Part shown: piece after piece, positions 1 through 12,500 of the stretch | Layout: every line of letters begins with the position of its first letter | Position numbering within the stretch: the stretch's first letter is position 1 | Source: Geosiphon pyriformis uo1 | Taxonomy: Eukaryota; Fungi; Glomeromycota | Assembly: GCA_016748015.1 (NCBI GenBank) | Contig: JAAOMT010000295.1 | Span: 434,001-498,000, forward strand | Length of the DNA stretch: 64,000 nucleotides | Reading direction: 5' to 3' | Made by a program: the position numbers and the translations under genes | The notes under the pieces: generated by a model | Database searches by the model: none | Seen by the model: the letters and a program-made list of their open reading frames with translations, nothing else | What the model was told of the DNA's origin: nothing

Positions 1-419
1 AAAACTATTGGTTTAGTGTAGTTAAGTATTGAATTCTATTAATATAAAGTGTTAATAATATTAATAGATTAATATTTCTTTAATTAAGTAATAATAACAT
101 AGATTTGGGTGATAATAAATATTTTATTAATATAAATATAATTTCACTTTAAGTTATAAAAAACTATTTTTTGAAGAAAAAAGTATTGTTGTTCTAAACT
201 GAATTGTCTGTTTTTTTTTGCTTTTAACATTCTCATTATATATACATAATTTGTATTATACAAAATTTTTTGAAATTCTTTAATTTCTTGAAAAAAATTC
301 TGGAATTCTGCAATTCTGCAATTTCTTAAAAGAAATTCTGAAATTTCTCTTTTTATTATGCTTATTTCTAATTGGTTATTTTATCTATTTATTATAATTT
401 TTAATTTCTATAAGTAATA
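1..419 (-). repeat. 3' LTR of the host family A element, truncated by the window start
   Basis: Reverse complement matches the LTR at 20328-21136; preceded on the minus strand by a purine tract (420-435). Confidence 0.85.
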
Positions 420-3400
420 TTATTTTCTTCTTTTAATATTAAATTTTATTGAGATTTTCTAAATTTTTCTCTTAAATTAGCTCTAAAACTTTTTTCTTAA
501 AAATTGCTTTGTAATTTTGGTCTGCAATTCTTTAAATTGAGCATTAATTAAATTTTCCAGTTGATTAATAGTTATTGTACTTATTTCTAAGTGTAACAGT
601 ATTTTTGGCTGGTCCTAAAATCTTATTTGTAATTAGTAAATAATTTTTATATATATAGATAAATTGGTTTTTCTCATAATTTGTTCAATTTATTATACTA
701 TAGTTAGATTAAACATCTTTTTGGTCTTATTTATATATAAGTTTTGAATATTTAATTTCTGTTTTAATTAATAGTAACAAAAGTTCTTAAGAATTTGTTG
801 TGTCTATTGATTTCAATTTTTTAAAACAAATTCTTTATTTGGTATTAATATTTTTGGAGTTTCCAATGTTTTTTCTACTTTTTCCATTATTTTGTCTATT
901 GAATTTTCAAAAGTATAATATCTGAAATATTGTTCTTTACTTTGAGATCTTTGAGTTACTTTTTTGTTTTTATATTGTATTGTTTGTTTGTTAATAGTAA
1001 CTTCGAAACTTAATTTCTAATGTTGAATAAGTTGTAAAAGCTGTTGTATAAGTAAGTGAATGTTGTTAATAATTTCTATTTTTATTATTGTTTTTATTAT
1101 GTGTATTGGTTCTTTATATACTGTTTTAATCAATCAATTTAATGTATTTGTTTTAATAATTATAATTGGTTTCAGATTTTATGAAATCTTATTTGATTTG
1201 ACTAGTATTTATTGTACTCTCAATTGTAGAATATTATTGATAAATAATAATACTATATTGTGATATAGTTTTAGTTAATTATTATGTACTACTTTGGTTA
1301 AGATTTTATTGTTTTATCTTAACTTATATGTTCTATTTTCCAAAATTTTTTCAATATAAAATGAATTATTCCATTTGGAATCAAATTTTCTATTTCATTG
1401 TTAGTATAATATAAGAGTACTTTGTTTTCAATTCTAAATTTAGCTAATTTATCTATTAACTGATTATTATGTCATTCTTTTTGTTTTTTTGTAACTTTTA
1501 TATATTATTAACTGCTTTTTGCTTTTTGTTTTTTAGAGTTTCCATTAAGTTATATGTTTTTCTTAGCAATGTTTTTTGCAAATTGTCTTTTGTTATTGGT
1601 TTAGCTAAATATGTATTGATTTCTATCTTAACTGGTAATGTTACTGTTCTATTATAGATTAGTTTAAATAGTATTGTTTATGTAATATTTTGCTTTATTG
1701 TTTGATAAGCAAATAATACTAATAATATAAATAAATCTCATTTGTCCTGGTTTTTTTGGCTGATCTTGACTATTGCTTTATACAATATTTTGTTGAATTT
1801 TTCAACTAAACTATTGGTCTGTGAATAATATGATAATAATAATAGTCTTTTAATTTTAAATCTCTGACTTAATTTTGTTAATGTTTTGTTTACAAAGTAG
1901 GTTTCTTGGTCTGATAAAATTTTTTTTGAATATCTATGTTAACAAATCAAATCTTGGTATATAAATTTGGCTACAAATTCTGTATTTGCTCTTTGAATTA
2001 TTTTAGCTTCTGGCCATTTTGTAAGATAGTTTATAACTACTGCTATATATTTGTTGCTTTTATTAATTATTGTCAATTATTTGATTAAGTTAATACTAAT
2101 TTGATTAAATAGTTGTCCTACTTTGATTGATTTTAATGGTTTACTGAGTTTTGTTTCTTTTTTTTTTTAACAAGCATTACAACTTTGAATATATTGAATA
2201 ATATTTGGATATATTAATAACTAATAATATTTTTTCCTAATTTTTTCTATAATTGCTTCTTTATAAAAATGTTCTGTAGTTAAATCTGAATATATGTTAA
2301 ACAGTATTGTTTTTTTTCTGGTTTTGTAATTACTTTAAGTGGTTGGTTTAAATTTTTTCTGTTTTTTTAATATATTATATTTTGGTAAGTGATAAAATAT
2401 TTTGATTGTTGTTTTATGTTATTTTGTTTTTTTTAAGATGATTTCTCCTTGAACTGTTGAATATCAATATAATATTGAAGTTGTATTTTTGTGTGTTTAT
2501 TTTTTGTTATATTTTTGGATTGAAATGCTTTTAAATTTGTCTTATTCATAACAATCTATCAGCATTTCAATTTTTTTTTCTCTTTTTATAATGTTCTGTA
2601 TAATTAAACAGTAAAAGTTATATTTTTTATTTGACATGACAATTGTCTCTATATTCTTGCTTTTGAATTGATGTCAATTCTTTGTAATTAGTATATACCT
2701 CAAACTTCTGACTCAAGTATTTTTTCTATTTTATAACAATCTAATAAATAGCTAAATGTTCTAATGTTAGAGTTTCATAATTCTTTTCAGCTAAACTTAA
2801 ATTTCAGCTAACATATATCATTGAATATTCTTATTTATCTGCTTTTTTTTGTGACAATATAGCTCTTAATGCTTGGCTTAATGTGTTAATAGTAATAATA
2901 AATGATTTGTTATAATCTGAATAAATTAATACTTAAGTTTAAATAAGCTTTTTTTTTAGTATATTGAAAGCTTTTTGTTGGTTTTCAGTCTATTTTTATT
3001 TAATGTTTTTAGCTTGGAGCTAATAAAGTGGTTGAGCCAGTTTGAAAAAGTTTTGAATAAAATGGTAATAGTATCCAACAAATTCCAAGAATGCTCTTAG
3101 CTCTGTTAAGTTTATTGGTACTAAAAAATTCTTAATTATTTTGATTTTGTTTAAATCTGTTTTAATGTTATCTTTGCTTATAACATGTCCCAAAAACTTG
3201 AACTCAGTTTTTACAAAGAAATACTTGGTAGCATTCAACTTTAATCCTGCTTTTTTTAGCCTTTCAAATACTTGTTGGAGATAATAGAAGTAATCATCAA
3301 ATGTTTTGGAAAATATGTTGGTATTATCTAAATAGACTATTATCAATTTCCATAATAGTCTAATATAAACAATTTCTATTAATTATTGAAAAGTAACTGG

Positions 3401-4972
3401 AGTATTAATTAAGCCAAAAAACATAATATTGAATTCAAAGTTTTTTTCTCTGGTAATAAACACTGTCTTTTTATTGTCAGCTGAATTCATGGCTACTTGC
3501 TAGTAATTATTGTCTAAGTTCAATGTAGAAAACCATTTTTTTTCTCCAAAAACATTAAATAGTTCTTGAATTTGTGGAGTTAGATAGTTGTTTTTATAAA
3601 TAATACTATTAAGTTTTCTGTAATTCACACAAAAACGGATTTTTCCATTTTTTTTCTAAACAAGTACTACTAATAATAATTATAGACTTATTAATAGTTA
3701 AATTAACTCTTTGTCTAATATTTAATTGATTTTTTAACAAATAATTTTATAATTGGCAAATAGTACTTAATATATTTTTTGTTTTATTAACATTATATTT
3801 TTGGTTTTAATCTGGTGTTAAATAATATTAGTTCTGCCAAATTTGTTTTCACTTGTAAAAATGTCAGTAAAATTGTTAAGTAACAACTTAAATTGCATAT
3901 ATTGAAATGAGTCTAAGTTTTCCAAGTTTATTTTTTCTAATTGTTCTGGTTATAACAAATAATATTTTTTTTATTTGTAAATTGTTTGTAATATAATGTT
4001 TACATATTTACAAAATTGTAAAAAATCTGAAATGGTAGTTGGTATTTGATTCTTAACTTTGGTACTTAAGTATCTAATAGTAGTTCTGCTTGATATTTTA
4101 ATTGGATCTGTATATTAAGATTTTGATGTGTTTATAATTCTTGGCTAATATGTAAAAATTAGTAATAGCAATCTCTCTTAATTTACAAATAGTAAATTTT
4201 ACTTCAAAAATCTAAAGTTAATCTCTTACTTTCCTTTCTATGACTAATATATACTAGTTATATAGTAGGATAAAAATTGATTGATTAGTGAAAATAATTT
4301 TTCTCTGATTAATTATTTTCTTTTCCACCATATTGACAAATATTTTTATTCTACTTATAAATCCAAATCTATTTATTTTTTTTGCTGTAATTTCTAACTT
4401 TTTTCTTATTTTTACTAGAAATAAAAATATTGTTTGTGCTATTTTTTTATTTAGTTTAATAATATATGTTTTTTTTTAATTTGTTTTGTAGTATTGCAAT
4501 GATATTTTCTACATATTTTACATCAATTATTTCTTTTTTAATATTGATTTTTTTTTACTAAACTAAATCTAGACATTAATTAAACTATTATTGTTGCTGA
4601 AATTTCTAGTGCTATTTTTAAATCTATATTGGTGCACAAATAAGATTCCAATCTAATGGCAGTTTTTTCTAAGTATCTGATATTAAATTTTGTATTAGTA
4701 TTATGCATTCATTCTAACATAATACTCTCATTATTATTGTCAAACTATTTAAGTTTCTGCTCTTTTGAAAAATCTAAAAATGTGATATATTATTTGAAGT
4801 TTTTATCAGAGTTTGAATTGTTATTATTGTTATTGCTATTGTAAACAGAGTTAGAACCATTGTTGTCATTATTATTAGAGTCTAAATTAAGATTAAATTT
4901 CAATTTTAATTCCAATTCCAAAACACAACTGTTAATTGGTTTTTTTTTTAGAGATTAAATAATTATATACAG

Positions 4973-5939
4973 TATTACTAGAGGTTTTTGGTCTCTTTTT
5001 TTGAATGTTATTAATGTCTGTTTGTTGTGAATTTATAACTAAAGGAAGTAGTTAAACCTCTGATAACTGAATTTATCTTCAAATTATCTCTTATAATTTG
5101 AACTGCTGGGCTTATAAGTGAAATAACCAATTCCATACCAGTTATTTTATGTAGTTATATTCTAGTAAATATTAACTTTTTCTTAGGAATTGCTTGTCTA
5201 GAAGCTCACTAAAAATATGTAGTTACTTTGCTGTAAAAATCAATTCTTTTACAGGAATCTTGTTTGTAAGCTACCCTAATAATTATAATAAGAAAAGAGA
5301 AAAAAATAAAAAATATATAAAAAAAATAGAATTGTGTCTAAAAAAACGTTTTCTATTCAGGCCTGGAGTCATTAACAGATTACTGAAATTGGTAGCTAAT
5401 TAATTTCAAAATGTTAGTTGTGTTGAAAAAATTCCAAGTATAATAATTAAGGATTTGGTTTTTGAATATTTAATTTTTATTTGATTTTGTAAGGATGTAA
5501 AAAATGATTGGTTTTAATTAAAATATTTAAAAATAAGATAAGATACTATAATAAAATACATTTTTTTAAAGAAAAAAGCTTTTTTTATACAACTTGTTGT
5601 AGTATTAGTTTTTAAATTTGCATTTTTTTCTTTGTTACAATTTTGGTAAACTAAAGATACATTTTGGCAAACTACAAGTTATTTCTACAAACTATTAATT
5701 ATTTCGGCCAATTTCTGCTAATTTCGGCGAATTTTTGAATATTAAATGGTTCAAGGTATTGTGTAGTTTGATCATCTTAATTTTTATGGTACAAATCGAA
5801 TTATTAATTGAATAATAATATTTAATAATTTGATTAAATAATAAGTGATAATTGAAATAATAATAATATATACTAATTAATAATAAGAATTATGAGAGTA
5901 ATTTTATGCTAATTAATAGCTAAAATTCTACTGATAACA
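4973..5939 (-). repeat. Solo LTR, family B
   Basis: Collinear with LTRs 6319-7289 and 15253-16223; termini TA(from TG)...CA; identical 4-bp TSD ACAG at 4969-4972 and 5940-5943. Confidence 0.93.
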
Positions 5940-6318
5940 ACAGTAGTGGATTGTAAATGAGGTCACAATCATTACAATATTTGAAGTCACTAAAAATTAA
6001 ACAATGTTTATAAAATCTAGTATTTAATTGTTTTAAATGCTGCTCTTGTTTTTCTTAACTAGGTGCTAAATCTTGGTAGTATTCATAAAATTGTTTTAAA
6101 TTATTCAGAATATTAATAAATACATCTAAATTGGAAATAAAAATAGTTTCAACAGGTTCTAATAAGTATTTTTAATTGCTAATATTTTGCTAGGTAAAAT
6201 GTTTTCAACTTTGACATTTGCTATTCTCCAGATCTTATTTTTGTTATATAGATAACCATTTAAGCATAAAAGCACTCAGTTTTATATAATGTTAAAAAAC
6301 ATTCCTTGGCTTATCCAG

Positions 6319-7289
6319 TGTTACTGGAGGTTTTTGGTTTCTTTTCTTAAATGTTGTAAATGTCTGTTAGTTACAAATTTACGTTTTCTAGAAGTAGTTG
6401 AACCTCTAGTAACTGAATTTATCTTCAAATTATCTCCTATAATTTGAACTGCTGGGCTTATAAGTGGAATGCCAATTCCTTGCCAGTTACTTTATGTAGT
6501 TACATTGTAGTAAATGTCAACTCTTTCCCAGGAATTGCTTGTCTGGAAGCTCACTAAAAATGTGTAGTTACTTTGCTGTGAAAGTCAACTCTTCTACAGA
6601 AATCTCGTCTGTAGGCTACCCTAATGATTGTAATAAAAAAAGAAAAGAAATATAAAAAAAATATAAAAGAAATAAGATTTTATCAAGAGAAACGTTTTCT
6701 ATCCAGACCTGGAGTCACTAACAGTTTATTGAAATTGGTAGCTAATCAATTTCAAAACGTTAGTTGTGTTGAGGGAATTTCAAGTGTAATAATTTAAGAA
6801 TTTGGTTTTTGAATATTTAATTTTTATTTGATTTTGTAAAAGGTAATTTGTTTCAATTAAGATATCTAAAGTAAGATACTATAGTAAGATACTATGAGAA
6901 GATACATTTCCTTGAAAAGAGAAGCTCTTCTTTTATACAACTTGTTGTAGTACTAGTCTTTGAACTTGCACTTTTCTCTTTGCTACAATTTGGGTGAACT
7001 AAAGATACATTTTGGCGAATTTACAAGTTATTTTACTGAACTATTGATTATTTTGGCGAATTTTCATTAATTTCGGCGAATTTTGACTATGTTAAAAGGT
7101 TCAGGGTATTGTGTAATTTGATTATCTTAATTTCTAGAGTACAAATTGGATTATTGATTGAGTAATAATATTTGATAATTTGATTAAATAATAAGTAATA
7201 ATCGAATTAATAATAATGTATGCTAATTAATAATAGGAATTATAAGGGTAATTTTATGCTAATTAATAGCTAAAATTCTACTGGTAACA
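6319..7289 (-). repeat. 3' LTR of the family B element
   Basis: Direct repeat of 15253-16223 (about 97% identical by manual alignment); adjacent PPT-like tract cttaaggagaagatta on the minus strand (7290-7305). Confidence 0.96.
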
Positions 7290-8030
7290 TAATCTTCTCC
7301 TTAAGACTGAGCTCCATCAAAGTCCAAGCACTATCTGTAATGTTAAGATAGTGGTCCAAGATAATTGAAATAATTTGGTCTGAAAATTGTTGAAATTTCA
7401 GTTCTGTGAGTTTTCCAATGTATTGAACTTTCATTGGTTGGAGTATTGGATTTTGTAAGACGTTTTCACAAGTGGTAAATAAATCATAGAGTCTAAAAGC
7501 TGCTCTAAGTTTGTAGTGAGTGTTTGTTGATCCAGCTGCTGTCTTAAATTCATTGTGAATTTGTTTTTGTATAGCCTCAGGAGTGATTTTGGTTGCTTTA
7601 AGTTTTAGTTTTCATTTGTAAAGTGTTTTTCCAATATGAAAATATCTATATATAAGAGTATGGTCATTGTTCTGTTCATTAAGACATAGTAAAAGTTTCT
7701 GTTAAATTGTAGCATTTGGTGGAATGTCAATAGAGGCAATTAAAAGGTTTTCTTTCAGTGCTTGCTTCAAAAGTTCTGGTAACCTCTTTTCAAAATAACC
7801 TCTTGTTTTTCTTCTATAGGGGTGGTAATTCTGAGAATTATTTACTATTGGGGCTGTGATTTCTTTTGAATGTAATTAATTTGACTTCCATTAATCGTTA
7901 TGAATAAGTCAGAAAGTGTTTTCAAAGCTAACATTAATTTTGGGATATTTGTTGAATATTTCGGGAAATAATCATGATAAAATTGACTAATTAATGAAAA
8001 AGAAGAATAAAAAAAATTATTTTTGGATAT
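7270..8030 (-). pseudogene. Family B accessory ORF3 downstream of integrase; function unknown; 5' boundary approximate
   Basis: One frame of about 250 codons (...YRYFHIGKTLYK...YKLRAAFRLYDLF...VQYIGKLTE...) whose internal stops all fit CAA/CGA>TAA/TGA; it runs through the PPT and ends at TAG inside the LTR. Confidence 0.7.
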
Positions 8031-8129
8031 GGGGTTTTATTTGTTTTTGGGTTTGTGTGTTTTTGTAATTTATTTATTATTTTTGTCTTTGTGTGTTATT
8101 AAAAAGATTATTGTAAAATTATATTGAAT

Positions 8130-9515
8130 TTAAGTGTTCAAGTTTGGCTGTTGTTCTATTATAATTATTGGTTCTAAATTTCGGAGAATATCTTCAGGTT
8201 TAATTAAAGGGGAATGTGTACCAATTTGTGGAATTAATGGTTCAGAATTGTTTCTCAAGTAATAGTGTTTCAATTTATCTCCATGTGCAACTTTTGCTAG
8301 TATTTTGTTATCAAGTTTTAACTTGTATGATCCATTGCCTAGAATTTTGTAAATATAAAATGGTCCATTCCATTTGTTTTCAAATTTTTCACTCCATTGT
8401 TTTTCAGTCTTAGTTCTGTGTAAGAAAACTTTATTTTCAACTTTAAATTCGTTGGTTATGAGTGGTAGTTTGTTGTCATGTCTTTCTTTTTGTTGAGCTT
8501 GAAAATGTTCAATATGAGTTGCTGCTGTCTTTTTTTTTCCTTCCAGTGTACTAAGAAGAGTGTAGGCCCTTCTTTGGAGTGTTTTTTAAAAGTTTTTTTC
8601 ATTAATTGGTTGCACAGAGTATGTTTCCACTGTGAAATTAATTGGTAATATTGCTGTCCTTCCATAAGTTAAATCAAATAGTGTGTGTTTCATAGTATCT
8701 TGTTTTAGTGTTCTGTATGCTAGTAACACTGATGGAATAAAGATATCTTATTTCTGCTCAAAGTCTGTTGAGACTTTGGCTAGAAATTCACACAATGTTC
8801 TGTTAAAATGTTTTACAAGTCTATTTGTTTAAGGATGATAAGGTAATAATAGAGGTTTTTTGACATTAAATCATTCACAAATTTTTTGTATTAAGTTGTT
8901 CACAAAATGTGTTCCTTGATCAGATAAAAGTTCAATTAGACATCCATGTCTACAAATAATGTCTTCATAGATGAAATTTGCTACTGATTTTGCATCTGCT
9001 CTTTGGATGGCTCTAGCTTCAGGCCATTTGGTAAGATAATCTACTGCAACTGCAATATAATGATTTCCTTGAGTTGTAATAGGTAATAGTTTGACTAAAT
9101 TAATTCCAACTCTGTCAAAAGGTTGTCCAACTTTGATTGGATTTAAAGGTTTTGTGGGGCAAGTTCTTTCTTTTTTTTGACAACTATCACAAGATTCTAC
9201 ATATTGTCAAATGTTTTTTTGCATTTGAGGCCAAAAGTAATGTTCAAAAGTTCTTTGTATTATTCCATCTCTTCCCAAGTGTGCTGAAGAAGGATCTGTG
9301 TGCATGTTGTATAAGATTGTTTCTTTTTTATTCTCTTGTACTAATCTGAGTGGTTGGTTTAGATTTCTACAATTTTTGTAATAGATTTTGTTGTGGTGTA
9401 TAAAATATTGTTTGGATTGGTGTTGTAATTGATGTTTTTCACTTGAAAACCAATTTTCTGGCATAGTGAGAGTCTCCAAATAGTTTTTGATGTTGTTGTA
9501 GTTTTCTGGATCCAT
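8130..9515 (-). pseudogene. Integrase ORF of the family B element (461 codons, own ATG)
   Basis: Starts MDPENYNNIKNYL; HTDPSSAH...C zinc motif; LSDQGTHF catalytic segment; C-terminal KWNGPFYI (GPF/Y); no chromodomain; a single frame from 9515 to TAA at 8130. Confidence 0.9.
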
Positions 9516-9588
9516 TGTTGTTGATTTTGTTGTTTGTTCTGCTGTTAAGTTTGTTGGTGTTTTGTTGGTGTTGATGTTGGTATTAATA

Positions 9589-12500
9589 TTATCTCATTCT
9601 TGAAAGGCTGTCAACATTAGTATGTAGTTTTCCTGGTTTGTAATGTATTATATATTTGTAGTCTGCTAAAAAATTATTCCATCAAGACTGTTTGGCACTT
9701 TGTTCTTTTTTATTTTTATTGAACCATTTGAGACCAATATTGTTAGTTATGATATCAAACTTTTTTCCATTCTTTAGGTATTGTTGAAAGTGTTTGAGAG
9801 CCCAAATAACTATGGCAGTTTCTAGTTCTGTTGAGCCATATTTGAGTTTTGTTGGCTTAAGTGTTCTACTAGCATAGGCAATGACTTGTTCCTGGCCATT
9901 TTCATCTAATTGTGATAGGATAGGACCAAAAGCTATGTGTGAAGCATCAGTGACTAGTTGGAACTATTTGTTGAAGTTTGGGTAAGCAAGAACTGGGGCT
10001 GTTGTTAATCTTGTTTTGAGAGTTTTAAAAGCTTTTTGTTGTTCTTCTGTTCATTTGTATGGCACATTTTTGTTGGTAAAATAATTGAGTGGTTTGGCAA
10101 TTTCTGAGAATCCTTTTATGAATTTCCGATAGTAGGAGGCTAATCCTACAAATCCTCTTAGTTCTGTGGTATTTTTGGGAGTACAAAAGTTTTTGACAGC
10201 TCTAATTGTTCTAAGGTTTGGTTTGACTCTATCTTTGCTAACTATGTGTCCAAGAAAAATTAAGCTTGTTTTTCCAAAATGACATTTCTCAATATTTAAC
10301 TTCAATCCTGCTTTTCATAATCATTAAAAAACTTCTCACAGATAAATAAGATGGGCTTTAAAGCTTGGTAAGTACACATCAGTGTCATCAAGGTAAATAA
10401 CTACTGATTGCCATAAGAGTTTTTCATATACAACATCCATAAGTTATTGGAATGTTGCTGGTGCATTGCAAAGTTCAAAAGGCATAACATTAAACTCATA
10501 GTTTCCTCCTTGAGTGGTGAATGCTGTTTTGGGTCTATTTTTTGGGTCCATTTCGACTTGCCAGTATCTACTTTCCAAGTCTAAAGTTGAGAAAAACTTG
10601 GCTTTTCCTAAAGCATCTAACATGTCATTAATTCTTGGAAGAAGGTAGGCATCTCCAATTATGACACTATTCAATTGTCAATAATTAACACAGAATCTGA
10701 TTTTTCCATTTTTTTTTTTGACAAGAATTACTGGTAAGGCCCATAGACTTTTTGATGATTGAATCAATCCATTATTGAGCATTCTTTGGACCTTTTTTTT
10801 AATAAATTGGTGGCTAGCAAGTGGAACTTGATAGGCTTGTTGTCATTTTGGTGGAGCATTTCCTGTATGGATTTGGTGTTAAACAATATCTATTTTTCCA
10901 AGATCATTGTTGTCTTTTGCAAATATATCTGCAAATTCAGCTATTAATTGTTTCAATTGTCTTTGTTGTTGGGGTTCCAAAAGACCCATGTTAATTTAAA
11001 AGAGTTTTTCTTCCAAAAGGTGGTAGTTTTCAGTGGTAGAAATAATGTTTGAATTTGAAAGTAGTGTATGTCTTATAATTTCGATGAAATTAGAAACAAT
11101 TTGAGAGTTTTCATCTTGAAAAATGTTACTGTGTATGATTTCAATCTCTAGTTTGTTTAATAAGACAATGGGGTAATTATTGGAGTTATAAAATGTAACT
11201 CGAAATTTTTTCATTCCTTTGGGAATATAAACATTTGGGATTAAGATTTCATGTTTCAAACAGATTTGTTTATTGAATTCAAAGATTTTTTGAGTAGTGG
11301 TGGGTTTTGAGCAGATGTAAATTTCGTGATGTTCACCAAAAGATGAAATGGTAATTGGTTAGGGAAGTTGAAGAATCTGGTAAGATTTATTCTGTGTATT
11401 GAAAGCTATGTTTACTGGAACTGTAAATCATCCAGTTGAACCAAAACCTTGAGTTTCTCTTTCACTTTTTCCCAATTGTTCTCTGTTTTTAACTGATTGT
11501 AACCCCAAAATGTTGATTAGGGGTAGGTAAATTGCTTGGGCAATTTTCTCAGCATGTTCAATCCTGAATAGTTTGTCTGTTTTATTTTGTAACATGATGA
11601 TAATGTCTCCAGTATATTCTGCATCTATAACTCCTTTTTTAACATTGATTTTTTTGCTTGCCAATAATAATCTGGATACAATTTGAACTATTGCTCCAGG
11701 TGGAATTTCAAGAGTGATTTTGAGATTGATTTTTCTCAAGGACTTTGGTTGGAGAACCAAAGTATTTTTTTCTGGATATTTTAGGTCATATCCAGCATCA
11801 ATTTCATGTGCTTTTTCTGGTCTGATTCCTTGGCCATGGTTGTCGAAATATTTAAGTTATAGAGATGGTTGCTTTTCAAGAAGATAAATAGAGATGGTTG
11901 GTAGTTTTTCTACCAGTTCAAATACTCCAAATTCGATTTCATTTTCATTATTTTCCTCTGGCAGGGGAATGCTAAAAGCATAGCATTCTGAACACCATTT
12001 GTTATCACAAGACATGATGTATTTTTCACACAATTGAATGTTTATTTGCTTTAATCATTGAATTTGAGCTTTTTGAGTCAAGTATGTATGGCTTGCAATT
12101 TGATGGTAGGTTTCTACTTCATCTTCATAATCAAATCCAGCTAATTCTATGGTATACTCAATGTATTCAGCTTTTTTTATTTGGCAGACATCTTCTTGGG
12201 TGGCTCTATTGATCAATGCTATTGCTAGGTCAAAAATCATTTCAGCATTATGAGAGTAGTGGTAAAGTTTATTGAGAGCACTGTTGTATGCTGCATCAAA
12301 TAGTGTTCCTCTTCTGACTTTTTTCGAAATTGATAAAGCATATTAACAGGTTTGATCACATACTTCTCCTCTCATTGCAACATCAATCCAGTTGCATTCT
12401 TCTGGTAACATATTTTTACATGTAAGACAAGGTGTATTGTCTCATTTTCCACTTCTTTTTGGAGATCCAAATCGTTCTCTATGATATGCTTTGCAAAAGT

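Noticed and set aside
7270-8030. ORF3 as an envelope gene
   Set aside because: Too short, and no signal peptide, furin site or C-terminal transmembrane anchor is visible; the same holds for 34475-35210.
8130-8450. Chromodomain at the integrase C-terminus
   Set aside because: Only the GPF/Y module and a short Pro-rich tail are present; no chromodomain aromatic-cage pattern.
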